Source of the DNA: Octopus vulgaris
Lineage: Eukaryota
Length of the DNA: 64,000 nt
Reading direction: 5' to 3'
NCBI GenBank assembly: GCA_951406725.2
Contig: OX597822.1
Coordinates: forward strand, 116,374,001 to 116,438,000
The notes below the pieces were generated by a model, which was not told where the DNA came from, did not search any database, and saw only the letters and a list, made by a program, of their open reading frames with translations. A program made the translations under genes and the position numbers. Positions within the stretch are counted from its first letter, which is position 1; the number at the start of each line of letters is the position of its first letter. This document shows positions 51,356-64,000 of this stretch, in pieces.

Positions 51356-52859
51356 CACTGAACCACAAAAGAAACATGATTCTTATTTGGTAAATTTTGA
51401 AAATTTATTTTGAGGAGGTAAATGTAAATATTCCAAGACATGCTGGTTTATAATTGAGACCCAAATTGCAGGTAACCTTTCAATTTTCCCTGAAACAAGA
51501 CACTAAAACGCAGCCAAGTTGAATGCCACGGGTAGCAGTCGTAAACAATTGTCATGGAAACTGAAATGCAAGTGCATTTTGAGGAGGTTTTGGGTATAAA
51601 AATCAACTTGAACCATGTTCCTGGCATTCGTAATTTGGACGCATCAGGTATGACCCAGTTGTCAGCAGCGCAGAAAGACGAAGCTGCTGGCTGGTTGCAT
51701 GCAGGGTCGCGTGCCCTGGTTGTTGCGAAAGGTTACAATGTCCGTGTCAGCACCATCTATCACCTGCAACAGCAATACAACAACCCCAACTGCTGACCAT
51801 ACCCACAGAAGGCGCTGCCTCAGGTGACTACACCCATGCAGGACCACTTCATCCACCTGCAACACCTCCGTGATTGCTTCAGACTGGCCAGCACGACAGC
51901 TCGCGAGACAATTGGCACTGGACAGTGGCTCATCAGTGACGACATGATACATCATCGACTGGCCGCCAACAACCTGTGTTGCCTTCATCCTGTCCTCACT
52001 GCCTGCCACCGTCAGGCATGACTGCAGTGGGCTACACAGCACCAACATTGGTGGCATCAACAACGGAGGTTGATAGTCTTCTCTGACGAGAGCCAGTACT
52101 GTGTTTCCACTTTGGATGGCAGAGTGAGGATGTGGCATAGGAGGGGGTGAACGCTACAGAGATGCATGTGTCATGGAGAGAGAGAGAGACGTGGGGTGGC
52201 CGAAGCATCATGGTTTGGGGTGCTATAGACCTGAATTAGAGAACTGTGTTCCAAAATGTTGGTGCAGGCAGAGGGAATGGCATCACAGTGCAGCGCTTCC
52301 TTTGACCAGATCCTAAGACCTCACACCGTGCACTTCTTCACGTGTCACCGTAGCCACGTGTTCCAGCAGGACAATGCTCCCTCCCAGATGGGTCACCATG
52401 GACTTCCTGTCTCAGCTCAACACCAGATCCATGCTGTTGCCAGTTCTCAGCCCGGATTTGAACCTCTTTGAACACCTGTGGGATGAAATCCAGAAACGGC
52501 TGAACCAGGTGGTCCCAAAAGCTGGCAACTCATGTGGAACCGGAAGCAGTTTTTCTCAGGGTGTGGGCACAGGTGGCAATGGCTTTTGTGAACCACCTCA
52601 AGCACTCCATGTGCCAACAGTGCATGGTTGTTTTGAACACCCAGGAAGTGAATACACGGTATCGAACACGTCACGCCCTACAATCTCGATGTGCTGGATC
52701 CGCCCACAACCAGAACACATGACAACGACCCATAGACTGTGGTCAAAGTGGATCCAAGAAATTGACTTTATCAGATTTATCAAAATCCATCTCTGACATA
52801 ATGAAATTAAAACATATTTCACAGTCACACACGTCGCGCGTTTCTTTTGCGGTTCAGTG
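51356..52859 (+). mobile_element. Full-length but decayed Tc1-family (DDE) transposon
   Basis: TIRs CACTGAACCACAAAAGAAAC / GTTTCTTTTGCGGTTCAGTG; transposase pieces MTQLSAAQK.., VFSDES, SIMVWGAI, FQQDNAP, SPDLNLFEHLWD with stops and frameshifts. Confidence 0.92.
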
Positions 52860-53052
52860 TGTGTATGTACATGGTTTTGTATGTGTCTCTCTCTGTATAT
52901 GCATTAGTGCATGTATGTGTTTGTGTATATGTGGATGTGTTTGTGTGGATGTGTGTATGTATGTACATACACGATTGTGTATGCATTTATAAATATGTAT
53001 GTGCATGTGTGTGTATGTAAGTATGTATGTATGTACATTATTGTGTGTGTGT

Positions 53053-53119
<67 letters not shown>

Positions 53120-53124
53120 CTGTG

Positions 53125-53785
53125 TTAGGCAAAATGCTTAGTGGTATTTCACCCATTTTTACATTCTGAGTTCAAATGCCACTGATGTCAACTTTGTCTT
53201 TCATCTTTTCAAGGTTCATATAACAAGGACCAGTTGAGCACTGGGGTCGATATAATTGACTTACTCCCTCTCCTAGAATTGCTGGCCTTGTGCCAAAATT
53301 TTAAACCAATATCACATGATTTCACAAGGTGGCAAGCTGGCAGAATTGTTACCACGCAGAGCAAAATGCTTAGCAACATTTCATCTATCTTTACGTTTGG
53401 AGTTCAAATTATGCCAAAGTCAACTTTGCCTTTCATCCTTTCAGGGTCGATAAAACAAGTACCAGTTGAGCACTTGGGTTGATGCAATCGACTTCACCCC
53501 TTCCACGAAGTTGCTGGCCTTGTGCCAAAATTCCAAATCAATATTACATGACTTTACAAGGAGGTGAGCTGGCATAACCATCACCATGCTGGCCAAAATG
53601 CTTAGCGCCATTTCGTTTATCTTTATGTTCTGAGTTTCAATGCCACCAAGGTAGACTTTGCCGTTCAACCTTTCAGGATCATTAAAATAAGTACCAGTTG
53701 AGCACTGGGATTGATGTAATCAACTCCCTTAGAAATGCTGGCCTTGTGTCAAAATTTGAAAGCAATATTACATGATTTCACAAGA
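53125..53785 (+). repeat. Head-to-tail array of three family C SINE-derived units (~230 bp)
   Basis: AAAATGCTTAG...ACCAGTTGAGCACT...GCTGGCCTTGTGCCAAAATT...CATGATTTCACAAG repeated three times. Confidence 0.8.
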
Positions 53786-54055
53786 AGAATTTTATTCTGT
53801 TTACAAGTCATCAGACATAACCTGAGATATATTAATTATACTTTTTATAAACTAAGACATTTCTTAAAAAAGGAACCTTCTGTGCTTTGAGTTCAAATTC
53901 CAAAGGGACAGACTTTGACTCAGATCCTTTCAGGAAAGATTTTAAAAAAAATACCTATCCAGGAAAGTGGATTGGTAGAACTGTAAGAATAAAACAGGCT
54001 AAATCTAAGTATGTGTGTGTACGTCTGTATGTATGTTTGAATGTCTTTGTGTGCA

Positions 54056-54102
<47 letters not shown>

Positions 54103-54745
54103 TGTGTGTATGTGTGTGTGCATGCACGCTTCACTTAGCACAATATTTCAAAATGTTGGAGAAGCTGATTAAATTATACCGATATTAAAGCCACAGGATC
54201 CAACTCACTTCATAATCTCCATTCGATCAGAGACTACAGACAGAAGTACTTTTGCACCAATTGCATATGGCTATCACGACGTTGCTTGTGCTTTCTGTTT
54301 TGTAATGACTCTTGAGAATTGAAACTGAAGAAGCCAGCTGTTCTGGATATGTTTGTGTCGATACAACATTTCAGTCAGCGCCTGTCATTTAGGAAAGATA
54401 TAGTGAACTCATTTCAGTATGGCTGTATGGTTAAAGCATTCTGCATTCCAATCACTTGGTTTCTGGTTCAGTCCCCCTGCACAGTACTAGGTCAATGACA
54501 GGCAAAGATATGCATCGTTAATTTCAGTTTTATTCTCCTGCCCTGCTCAGCACCTTAGATGTCAAGCTTCCTCAACAAGGTTTAGTTGGCTGCTACTTTT
54601 GCATATCCATTCCATATAACATTGACTGTCTTTGAGTTATTCTGAAAAATCTGCTGCCGAGTGAACTTCAATCTGCCTCTTTTTACATGGATAGTTAGGG
54701 GGCTCTGAAAGGGGTCTCAAGGAGTAGTGTCCCTGCCTTCCCCAA

Positions 54746-54791
54746 GGCACCTGAAGAAGGCTGGAGGGTATATCAGCTGAAATGTTGTGTT
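54746..54791 (+). ncRNA. Minimal type-I hammerhead (copy 1, two C-to-T changes)
   Basis: GGCAC-CTGAAGA-A-GGCTG..CAGCT-GAAA-TG-TT-GTGTT. Confidence 0.6.
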
Positions 54792-54986
54792 AACAACAAG
54801 CAAGATGAGGACAAATATCCATCGAATGTAAATAATGTAAACAATGTACATAATTCCTTCATCTCTTAAATATAGAACTGTATTATCTAATTGGTACGGA
54901 GCCGACATTAGACTTCAATGGAGACATATAGAGAAACTCCATCAAAAACTGGCTCGTCTTTCAAACCATCTAGCTTTCTTATGTAG

Positions 54987-55017
<31 letters not shown>

Positions 55018-55064
55018 TCGAAATATAACTTAGGAATGAGAACCCAGGTTCGAAATTTCCCCAA

Positions 55065-55110
55065 GACACCTGAAGAAGGCTGGAGGGTATAACAGCCGAA
55101 ACGTTGTGTT
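55065..55110 (+). ncRNA. Minimal type-I hammerhead (copy 2)
   Basis: GACAC-CTGAAGA-A-GGCTG(GAGGGTATAA)CAGCC-GAAA-CG-TT-GTGTT; palindromic AACGTT helix III. Confidence 0.7.
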
Positions 55111-55705
55111 AACAACAAACATCCTGTCTCTTGTTCAGACATAACCAATCTACGATAACATTATCTAGTGTTATTTGAGGGAGATTCAGCTGCTGTTTCT
55201 AGTATGCATAGTGACCATGTTGAGGCTCCTTCATTAGTTTATTGCTATCATTGTTGTTGTTGTTGTTGCAGTTTCCTGTGCAACCATGCTGTTGTTGTTC
55301 GCATCGTTAGTACTTTTGCAGTTGTTACTGCTAATGCAGATGTTAAAAACATCTGCACACATGCAACACAGAAGCGCACATAATATACATTCTCTCGTGT
55401 TCACCCCTCCCTCCTCCACTGCATATATCCACCACCAAGATTTATACACTCACACTTACACAATCCACACACACACACGCACACACACACACACCCATTC
55501 ACACATATAAACTCACATACTCACGCTCTTTCTCGTACATGCACATATACACATACAAACACACATGCACATTCATACGCACTCACAAATCCACGCAAAC
55601 ATGCATACGCACATATACACTCACACACATGCACACACCCTCACATGCATACACACACACACATGCTTGTACACACTCTCTTTTACAGATACACATACAT
55701 ACACA

Positions 55706-55749
<44 letters not shown>

Positions 55750-56525
55750 TCCTATACATACACACACACCAATTCACACATATAAACTCACACACTATCT
55801 CATACATGCATATATACACATACAAACACACATGCACATTCATACGCACTCACAAATCTACACAAACATGCATACACACATATACGCATACACACATACA
55901 CACACTCACACACCCTCACATACACACACACACACATGCTTGTACACACTCTCTTTTACAGATACACATACATACACACTCTCTCTGTCTTTCTCTCTCT
56001 CTCTCTCACACACACACACGCCCTACACACACATCCTATACACACACACCCTACACACACACACACTGTTTCCTGCCTTCACTTCCGTCTTCTCGTTAGC
56101 AGAATCGAAAGTAAACATTTTTGCTTCAGTGAAGCTCAACAAAGAAACACAAACAAACACAGAATCTCCTACCATAGCGACAAGATTTTACAAGGAACTG
56201 CCATTCTATAGATTCTTTGGAGAGTTCTATGCCAAAACAAACAAAAATTTCTCACTTAAACTATTCTTTCTGACATCAACAGTTCAAAATACAATGCTAA
56301 AAAAAGAAAACTGCATTTGATAAGACCAAAGATGAAAACATAACGACAATCAATCGTACCATTCTCTCGTTATGTCTGCTCTGCAACTCTTAGAATATGG
56401 ATTCTACGTTTGTCATTCATCACATTGCTTTTCTGGATTCCCATGACTCTCTGTTGCCATCCACTTCCATTATTAGGAATTTGAATTGGGAGTGTAGTGG
56501 GTAAGATTCTTGGCCACTACTTCTG

Positions 56526-56704
56526 GTCTGATCTGAGGGTAGCCCTTAAAAGGACAGTTAGCGCAATTAGATCTGATCCAAGAATAGTCCTAAAAAGGAC
56601 TGTTATCGCAATTAGATCGGATCTGAGAGTAGTCCTAAAAAGGACTGTTATCACATTCAGATCAGACTTGAATTAGCCCTGAAAAGGACTGTGGTCGTAA
56701 TCAG
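56526..56704. repeat. Four 45-bp tandem units upstream of 5S (spacer-like)
   Basis: ATCTGATCCAAGAATAGTCCTAAAAAGGACTGTTATCGCAATTAG and variants, with an internal AGTCCT-AAA-AGGACT hairpin. Confidence 0.85.
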
Positions 56705-56899
56705 CAAAACTGACAGACGAAAGCAGTAGTTGAAATGACGAGCAGACAAGAGGTGTAAGTTTATACAGCGAGTTATTTCAGGCGTGAAATAGTAGTACAA
56801 AGGTTCGAGGCGGCATGAGTGGCGAGCGTGGCAGGCGAGAGGGACACGATTTACATCAGTCGAGTGCCAAAGGAGCTTTGAATCTTTCGTTAGCAGATT

Positions 56900-57018
56900 G
56901 CTTATGGCCATATCACGTTGAAAGCATCGGTTCTCGTCCGATCACCGAAGTCAAGCAACGTCGAGCCTAGTCAGTACTTAGATGGGTGACCGCTTGGGAA
57001 ACCTAGGTGCTGTAAGTG
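56900..57018 (+). rRNA. 5S rRNA gene (solitary; possibly a pseudogene, no T-run terminator)
   Basis: GCTTATGGCCATATCACGTTGAAAGCATCGGTTCTCGTCCGATCACCGAAGTCAAGCAACGTCGAGCCTAGTCAGTACTTAGATGGGTGACCGCTTGGGAAACCTAGGTGCTGTAAG; terminal helix and CCTAG/CTAGG helix pair. Confidence 0.93.
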
Positions 57019-57024
57019 TCACTA

Positions 57025-57194
57025 GGTGCAGGAGTGGCTGTGTGGTAAGTAGCTTGCTTACCAACCATATGGTTCTGGGTTCAGTCCCACTGCATGGCAC
57101 CTTCTATAGCCTCGGGCCAACCAAAGCCTTGTGAGGGGATTTGGTAGACGGAAACTGAAAGAAGCCCATCGTATATATGTATATATATATACAC

Positions 57195-57240
<46 letters not shown>

Positions 57241-57455
57241 ATATGTTTGTGTGTCTCTGTTTGTCCCCCAGCATCTCTTGACAACCGATACTAGTGTGTT
57301 TATGTCCCCTGTAACTTAGTGGTTCAGCAAAAGAGACTGATAGAATAAGTACTAGGCTTACAAAGAATAAGTCCTGGGGTCGATTTGCTCGACTAAAGGT
57401 GGTGCTCCAGCATGGCTGCAGTCAAATGACTGAAACAAGTAAAAGAGTAAAAGGG
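57025..57455 (+). mobile_element. Family B SINE directly downstream of 5S
   Basis: Near-full copy with a small internal deletion. Confidence 0.85.
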
Positions 57456-57914
57456 TAACTGTGGACACTGCCCCTGTGGATGCCTTGCAGTTACTCTCTT
57501 GACAGAGAGTGATAGCCCTGAGTGTTGATCTTCAAAGATTCCTCTGCTCAGCACCAAAGTAAGAAGCACCGTTGGCTCAGCCAAGCTCTTCTGCTACCTC
57601 TTCACAATCTGTCCATGCTGCATCCCCGGCAGGGTGGCTGAACGGGTGCTATGCCTTTCCAAAGGACACCTTGTAATTATGCAGGGCAGTCACCACTCCA
57701 TGAGGTATTTTCAAAATAATCACCTCTCAATACTGTATTACAACCGACACCATACAAAATCTACACACTTACCTCCTGATCATAAAACTTGACATACACA
57801 CCCAATGCATACTCTATATGCAATCAAAACTACTTGATAATACAACATAACATTTGCAATATATTCTATGAGATCACATCCTGTTCATATAATGCAACTG
57901 ACATAAAACATCCT

Positions 57915-58145
57915 ATCATCATCATCATCATCATCATCGTTTAACGTCCGCTTTCCATGCTGGCATGGGTTGGACCATTTGACTGAGGAGTGGCGAACCA
58001 GATGGCTGCACCAGGCTCCAGTCTTGATCTGGCAGAGTTTCTACAGCTGGGTGCCCTTCCTAACGCCAACCACTCCAAGAGTGTAGTGGGTGCTTTTACG
58101 TGCCACTGGCACAGGGGCCAGTCAGGTGGTACTGGCAACAGCCAC
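57915..58145 (-). mobile_element. Family A copy
   Basis: (CAT)n CGTTTAACGTCCGCTTTCCATGC...GCCCTTCCTAACGCCAACCAC. Confidence 0.8.
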
Positions 58146-58809
58146 AAAAAAAAAAGGGTTTTTTTTTCAATAAAGGATAAAAATAATAAAAAGCCTTCTT
58201 GAGGCATATAAGCTAAAAGGACCAGTTTCTAGGTTTCTGTGATGCAAATATTCCCCACCTGGACATGAGGCCAGCTCATCGTGAGGTTACTCATTTTCGT
58301 CAGGAAGACAATGCATCACCCAGTCCAGGAACTGAAACCCCGATCTTACAGTCATTAATGAAAACCACTTGGTAACATAACGTACACAACATATTCTATG
58401 GAATCCCATCCTGATCAAATAACACATCTGACACAACACATCCTAAATAATTATGAAAGGATGAAGGACAAGGATCCTTCCTGAGTCATAGAGCCTCACA
58501 GGGCTGGCTTCCCAGTTTCCATGGCATATATATATATTCTCCACCTGGATGTGACACCAGTCCCTTGCAGTGTTATTCGTTTTAGCCAGCTGAGTGGACT
58601 AAAGCAATGCTAAATGAAGTGTTTTGCTCAATAATACAACATGTTGACCAGTCCAGGATTTGGAACCAAAATTTTAGGATTGTGAGTTCAACACCCTAAC
58701 CACTAAGTCACACACATCTGCATTTGTGCACCAACTGATGCACCATAACTATTTGTACAGCACCTCACCCACGATGGACCAATGCGCAATGGGTCAAAGC
58801 AGTAGTAGT

Positions 58810-61310
<2,501 letters not shown>

Positions 61311-61487
61311 TGTAGTCAATAAAGCATCTCGTGAATTTCATATTCTCTTTATTTCTTTTGTTATATGTATGTATGTATGTATGTATGAATGTGTGTATGT
61401 GTGTATGTATGTATGTATGTATTTTCACACATATATATATATATACATATATGAAAAGATCTGTAGAAGTAACACACGAGTAAGTAG

Positions 61488-62053
61488 ATATTTATGAAAA
61501 ACAAGAATGAAAATGCTACTTTCTTAAAAGTGGGTACATTTTAATTTTCCTTTTTCATGTTTTGGCTTTTGAAAAACCTTATCAAAAATATGTTCTAAAA
61601 AGGAATATTTAAAGAGAAAAGAACTACTTAAAAAATAAAATTAAAATTAAAATTAAGATTAACATTCATAGTTTACTTTCTTTTTTCCTGCAAGAACACA
61701 TGATAATATCCTTTGGTTCTGGTTGCATGACAAGTGCAACTGACTGTGACCACAAATTACTAGTATCACAGGAGATAGTAGTAATTTGTGGTCACAGTCA
61801 GTTGCACTTGTCATGCAACCAGAACCAAAGGATATTATCATGTGTTCTTGCAGGAAAAAAGAAAGTAAACTATGAATGTTAATGTTAATTTTAATTTTAA
61901 TTTGATTTTTTTATTTGATTTTTTTCTCTTAAATATTCCTTTTTAGAACATATTTTTGATAAGGTTTTTCACAAATCGAAACATGAAAAAGGAAAATTAA
62001 AATCTACCCACTTTTAAGAAAGTAGCATTTTCGTTCTTGTTTTTCATAAATAT
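61488..62053. repeat. 566-bp almost spacerless palindrome
   Basis: Axis at 61770/61771; ORFs 61659..61841(-) and 61700..61882(+) are identical except at the centre. Confidence 0.95.
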
Positions 62054-62059
62054 ATATAT

Positions 62060-62454
<395 letters not shown>

Positions 62455-62712
62455 AAAATAAGGATTCAGATAGAATTGGGTACTTGAAAAGATATATACC
62501 TGATATGGTTGGATAAATCTGTGGTCCTGGCCTATGGTTGGTAAGTATCAAATAAGATATTCCAGTTATGTACATAGAGAAAACAAACCCTATGAGTATT
62601 TAGTGCCTAGGGGCTGGTCCAAATCCCACATTACATTGAATTGAACATTGTTGGTATACTCTAGGGTGTCGGACAAGTCATAAATCCCCTTGGTGTATTA
62701 TAATCCAATGAA

Positions 62713-62980
62713 TAATGACAGACGATGGATAATTGTCAGCCCATTACAGTTGTTTCTTAGGTATTTTTTAAATAGAAGAATGAGAGCATTACTTTGTTAC
62801 AAATAACCATAAGTATCAGATGAAACATAATTTTACAATGATAGACTATCTCAAAAATACAGCAGGGACTTGATGACTATGGTTTTTTTGCAATGAAGTA
62901 ATGTTCTCATTCCTCTATTAAAAAGTGCATAAGAAACAGCTGTAATGAGCTGACAATTATCCATCGTCTGTAATTATTAT
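62713..62980. mobile_element. Penelope-like inverted repeat with decayed hammerhead (62870-62944, plus)
   Basis: ACAGACGATGGATAATTGTCAGC / GCTGACAATTATCCATCGTCTGT arms; TTGATGA-CTATG...CATA-A-GAAAC-AGCT-GTA. Confidence 0.6.
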
Positions 62981-63125
62981 TTTGTGTATATATATATTAG
63001 AAGAAATGAGGTAATCAGAAGATCGGATGGTTTATATTTACAGATATTTATTTATATATTACATTTTTTACATATATATCATATCACTTAGATCATTAGC
63101 GCTTTCTCCCATTCTAGTGGGGTTT

Positions 63126-63400
63126 ATATATATATATATATATATAAAAAAATCCATTCTGTCTGTCTGTGTGTGTGTCTTCTAGGATCTCGAGCATCCT
63201 CCATCCGATTGCGCTCAAATTTGATATGTAGATACTGATGGTATCAGGGTGTGTATAAGTCTTGGAAACATTACAAAAATCGATTCCAGGTGAGAATGCA
63301 ATTGATGAAGCTGTAGGAATGTGCATTTGTATGTGCAAGTACATCAGGTGTTGAGATCGATACTACGCGTACGCGAGAAAAATGCACAGTGTCTCAAATT
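63126..63400 (+). mobile_element. Possible non-autonomous Helitron 5' part
   Basis: (TA)n-AAAA, CTGTCTGTCTGT, CCGATTGCGCTCAAATTTG motif typical of Helitron-derived repeats; 3' end not seen. Confidence 0.4.
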
Positions 63401-63595
63401 CAGGTTAAATCAGTGTTTCTCAAAGGAGAGGCCTATGGGATGGACGGACAAGTTGTTTTGAGAAAATTTGGTTTAAATGTTTGACAACTCAGCACCGTCC
63501 ATTGGACGGGGGGGGGGGGGGGTTGTTTGTATAATATATATATATATATGCATATATATATATACATATATGCATACATATATATATACATATAT

Positions 63596-63757
63596 AGGAA
63601 GGGCATTGGCATTAGGAAGGGCATCCAGCTGTAGAAACATTGCCAGAAAAGACCGGAGCCTGGTGCAGCCTTCTGGCTTCCCAGATCCCCGGTCGAACCA
63701 TCCAACCCAGGCTAGCATGGAGAACGGACGTTAAACGATGATGATGATGATGATGAT
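63596..63757 (+). mobile_element. Family A 3' end
   Basis: TGGCATTAGGAAGGGCATCCAGCTGTAGAAAC...(GAT)n. Confidence 0.8.
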
Positions 63758-63767
63758 ATATATATAT

Positions 63768-64000
63768 AGGCGCAGGAGTGGCTGTGTGGTAAGTAGCTTG
63801 TTTACCAACCACATGGTTCCAGGTTCAGTCCCACTGCGTGGCACCTTGGACAAGTGTCTTCTGCTATAGCCTCGGGCCGACCAAAGCCTTGTGACTGGAT
63901 TTGGTAGATGGAAACTGAAAGAAGCCCGCCGTATATATGTATATATGTATGTATGCGTGTGTGTGTTTGTGTGTCTGTGTTTGTCCCCCTAGCATTGCTT
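63768..64000 (+). mobile_element. Family B SINE (runs off the window)
   Basis: GGCGCAGGAGTGGCTGTGTGGTAAGTAGCTTG head. Confidence 0.85.

Larger units (their letters stand above)
54738..55119 (+). mobile_element. Penelope-like mini-element: two direct hammerhead-bearing repeats flanking a PLE ORF N-terminus
   Basis: ~62-bp direct repeats; internal YGADIRLQWRHIEKLHQKLARLSNHLAFLCR resembles the Penelope ORF start. Confidence 0.75.

Noticed and set aside
56526-56704. CRISPR-like 45-bp hairpin repeats
   Set aside because: Contiguous tandem units without unique spacers

Overview
Eukaryotic, AT-rich, microsatellite- and transposon-saturated DNA. The SINE/LINE families and (TA)n/(CA)n/(CAT)n load point to an Octopus-like cephalopod genome (inference). 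No intact host protein-coding gene is identifiable, and almost all ORF-track entries are microsatellite translations. Supported content: many tRNA-headed SINEs and RTE-LINE 3' ends; a decayed Gypsy element with the Gmr1-type order PR-IN-RT-RH; two further Gypsy remnants; an R4-type RLE LINE; a LINE 3' end with three C2H2 fingers; a CR1 3' end; a Tc1 and a DD37D (maT) transposon; hAT, piggyBac and mariner MITEs; and a solitary 5S rRNA gene with spacer repeats that runs directly into a SINE. The most striking pattern is more than a dozen minimal type-I hammerhead-ribozyme-like motifs from several unrelated Penelope-like repeat families. Many sit in long inverted repeats, one tandem pair is 319 nt apart (retrozyme-like), and the cores include variants U3-A8, U4C and A6U. 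All coordinates were read by eye; repeat boundaries are approximate.
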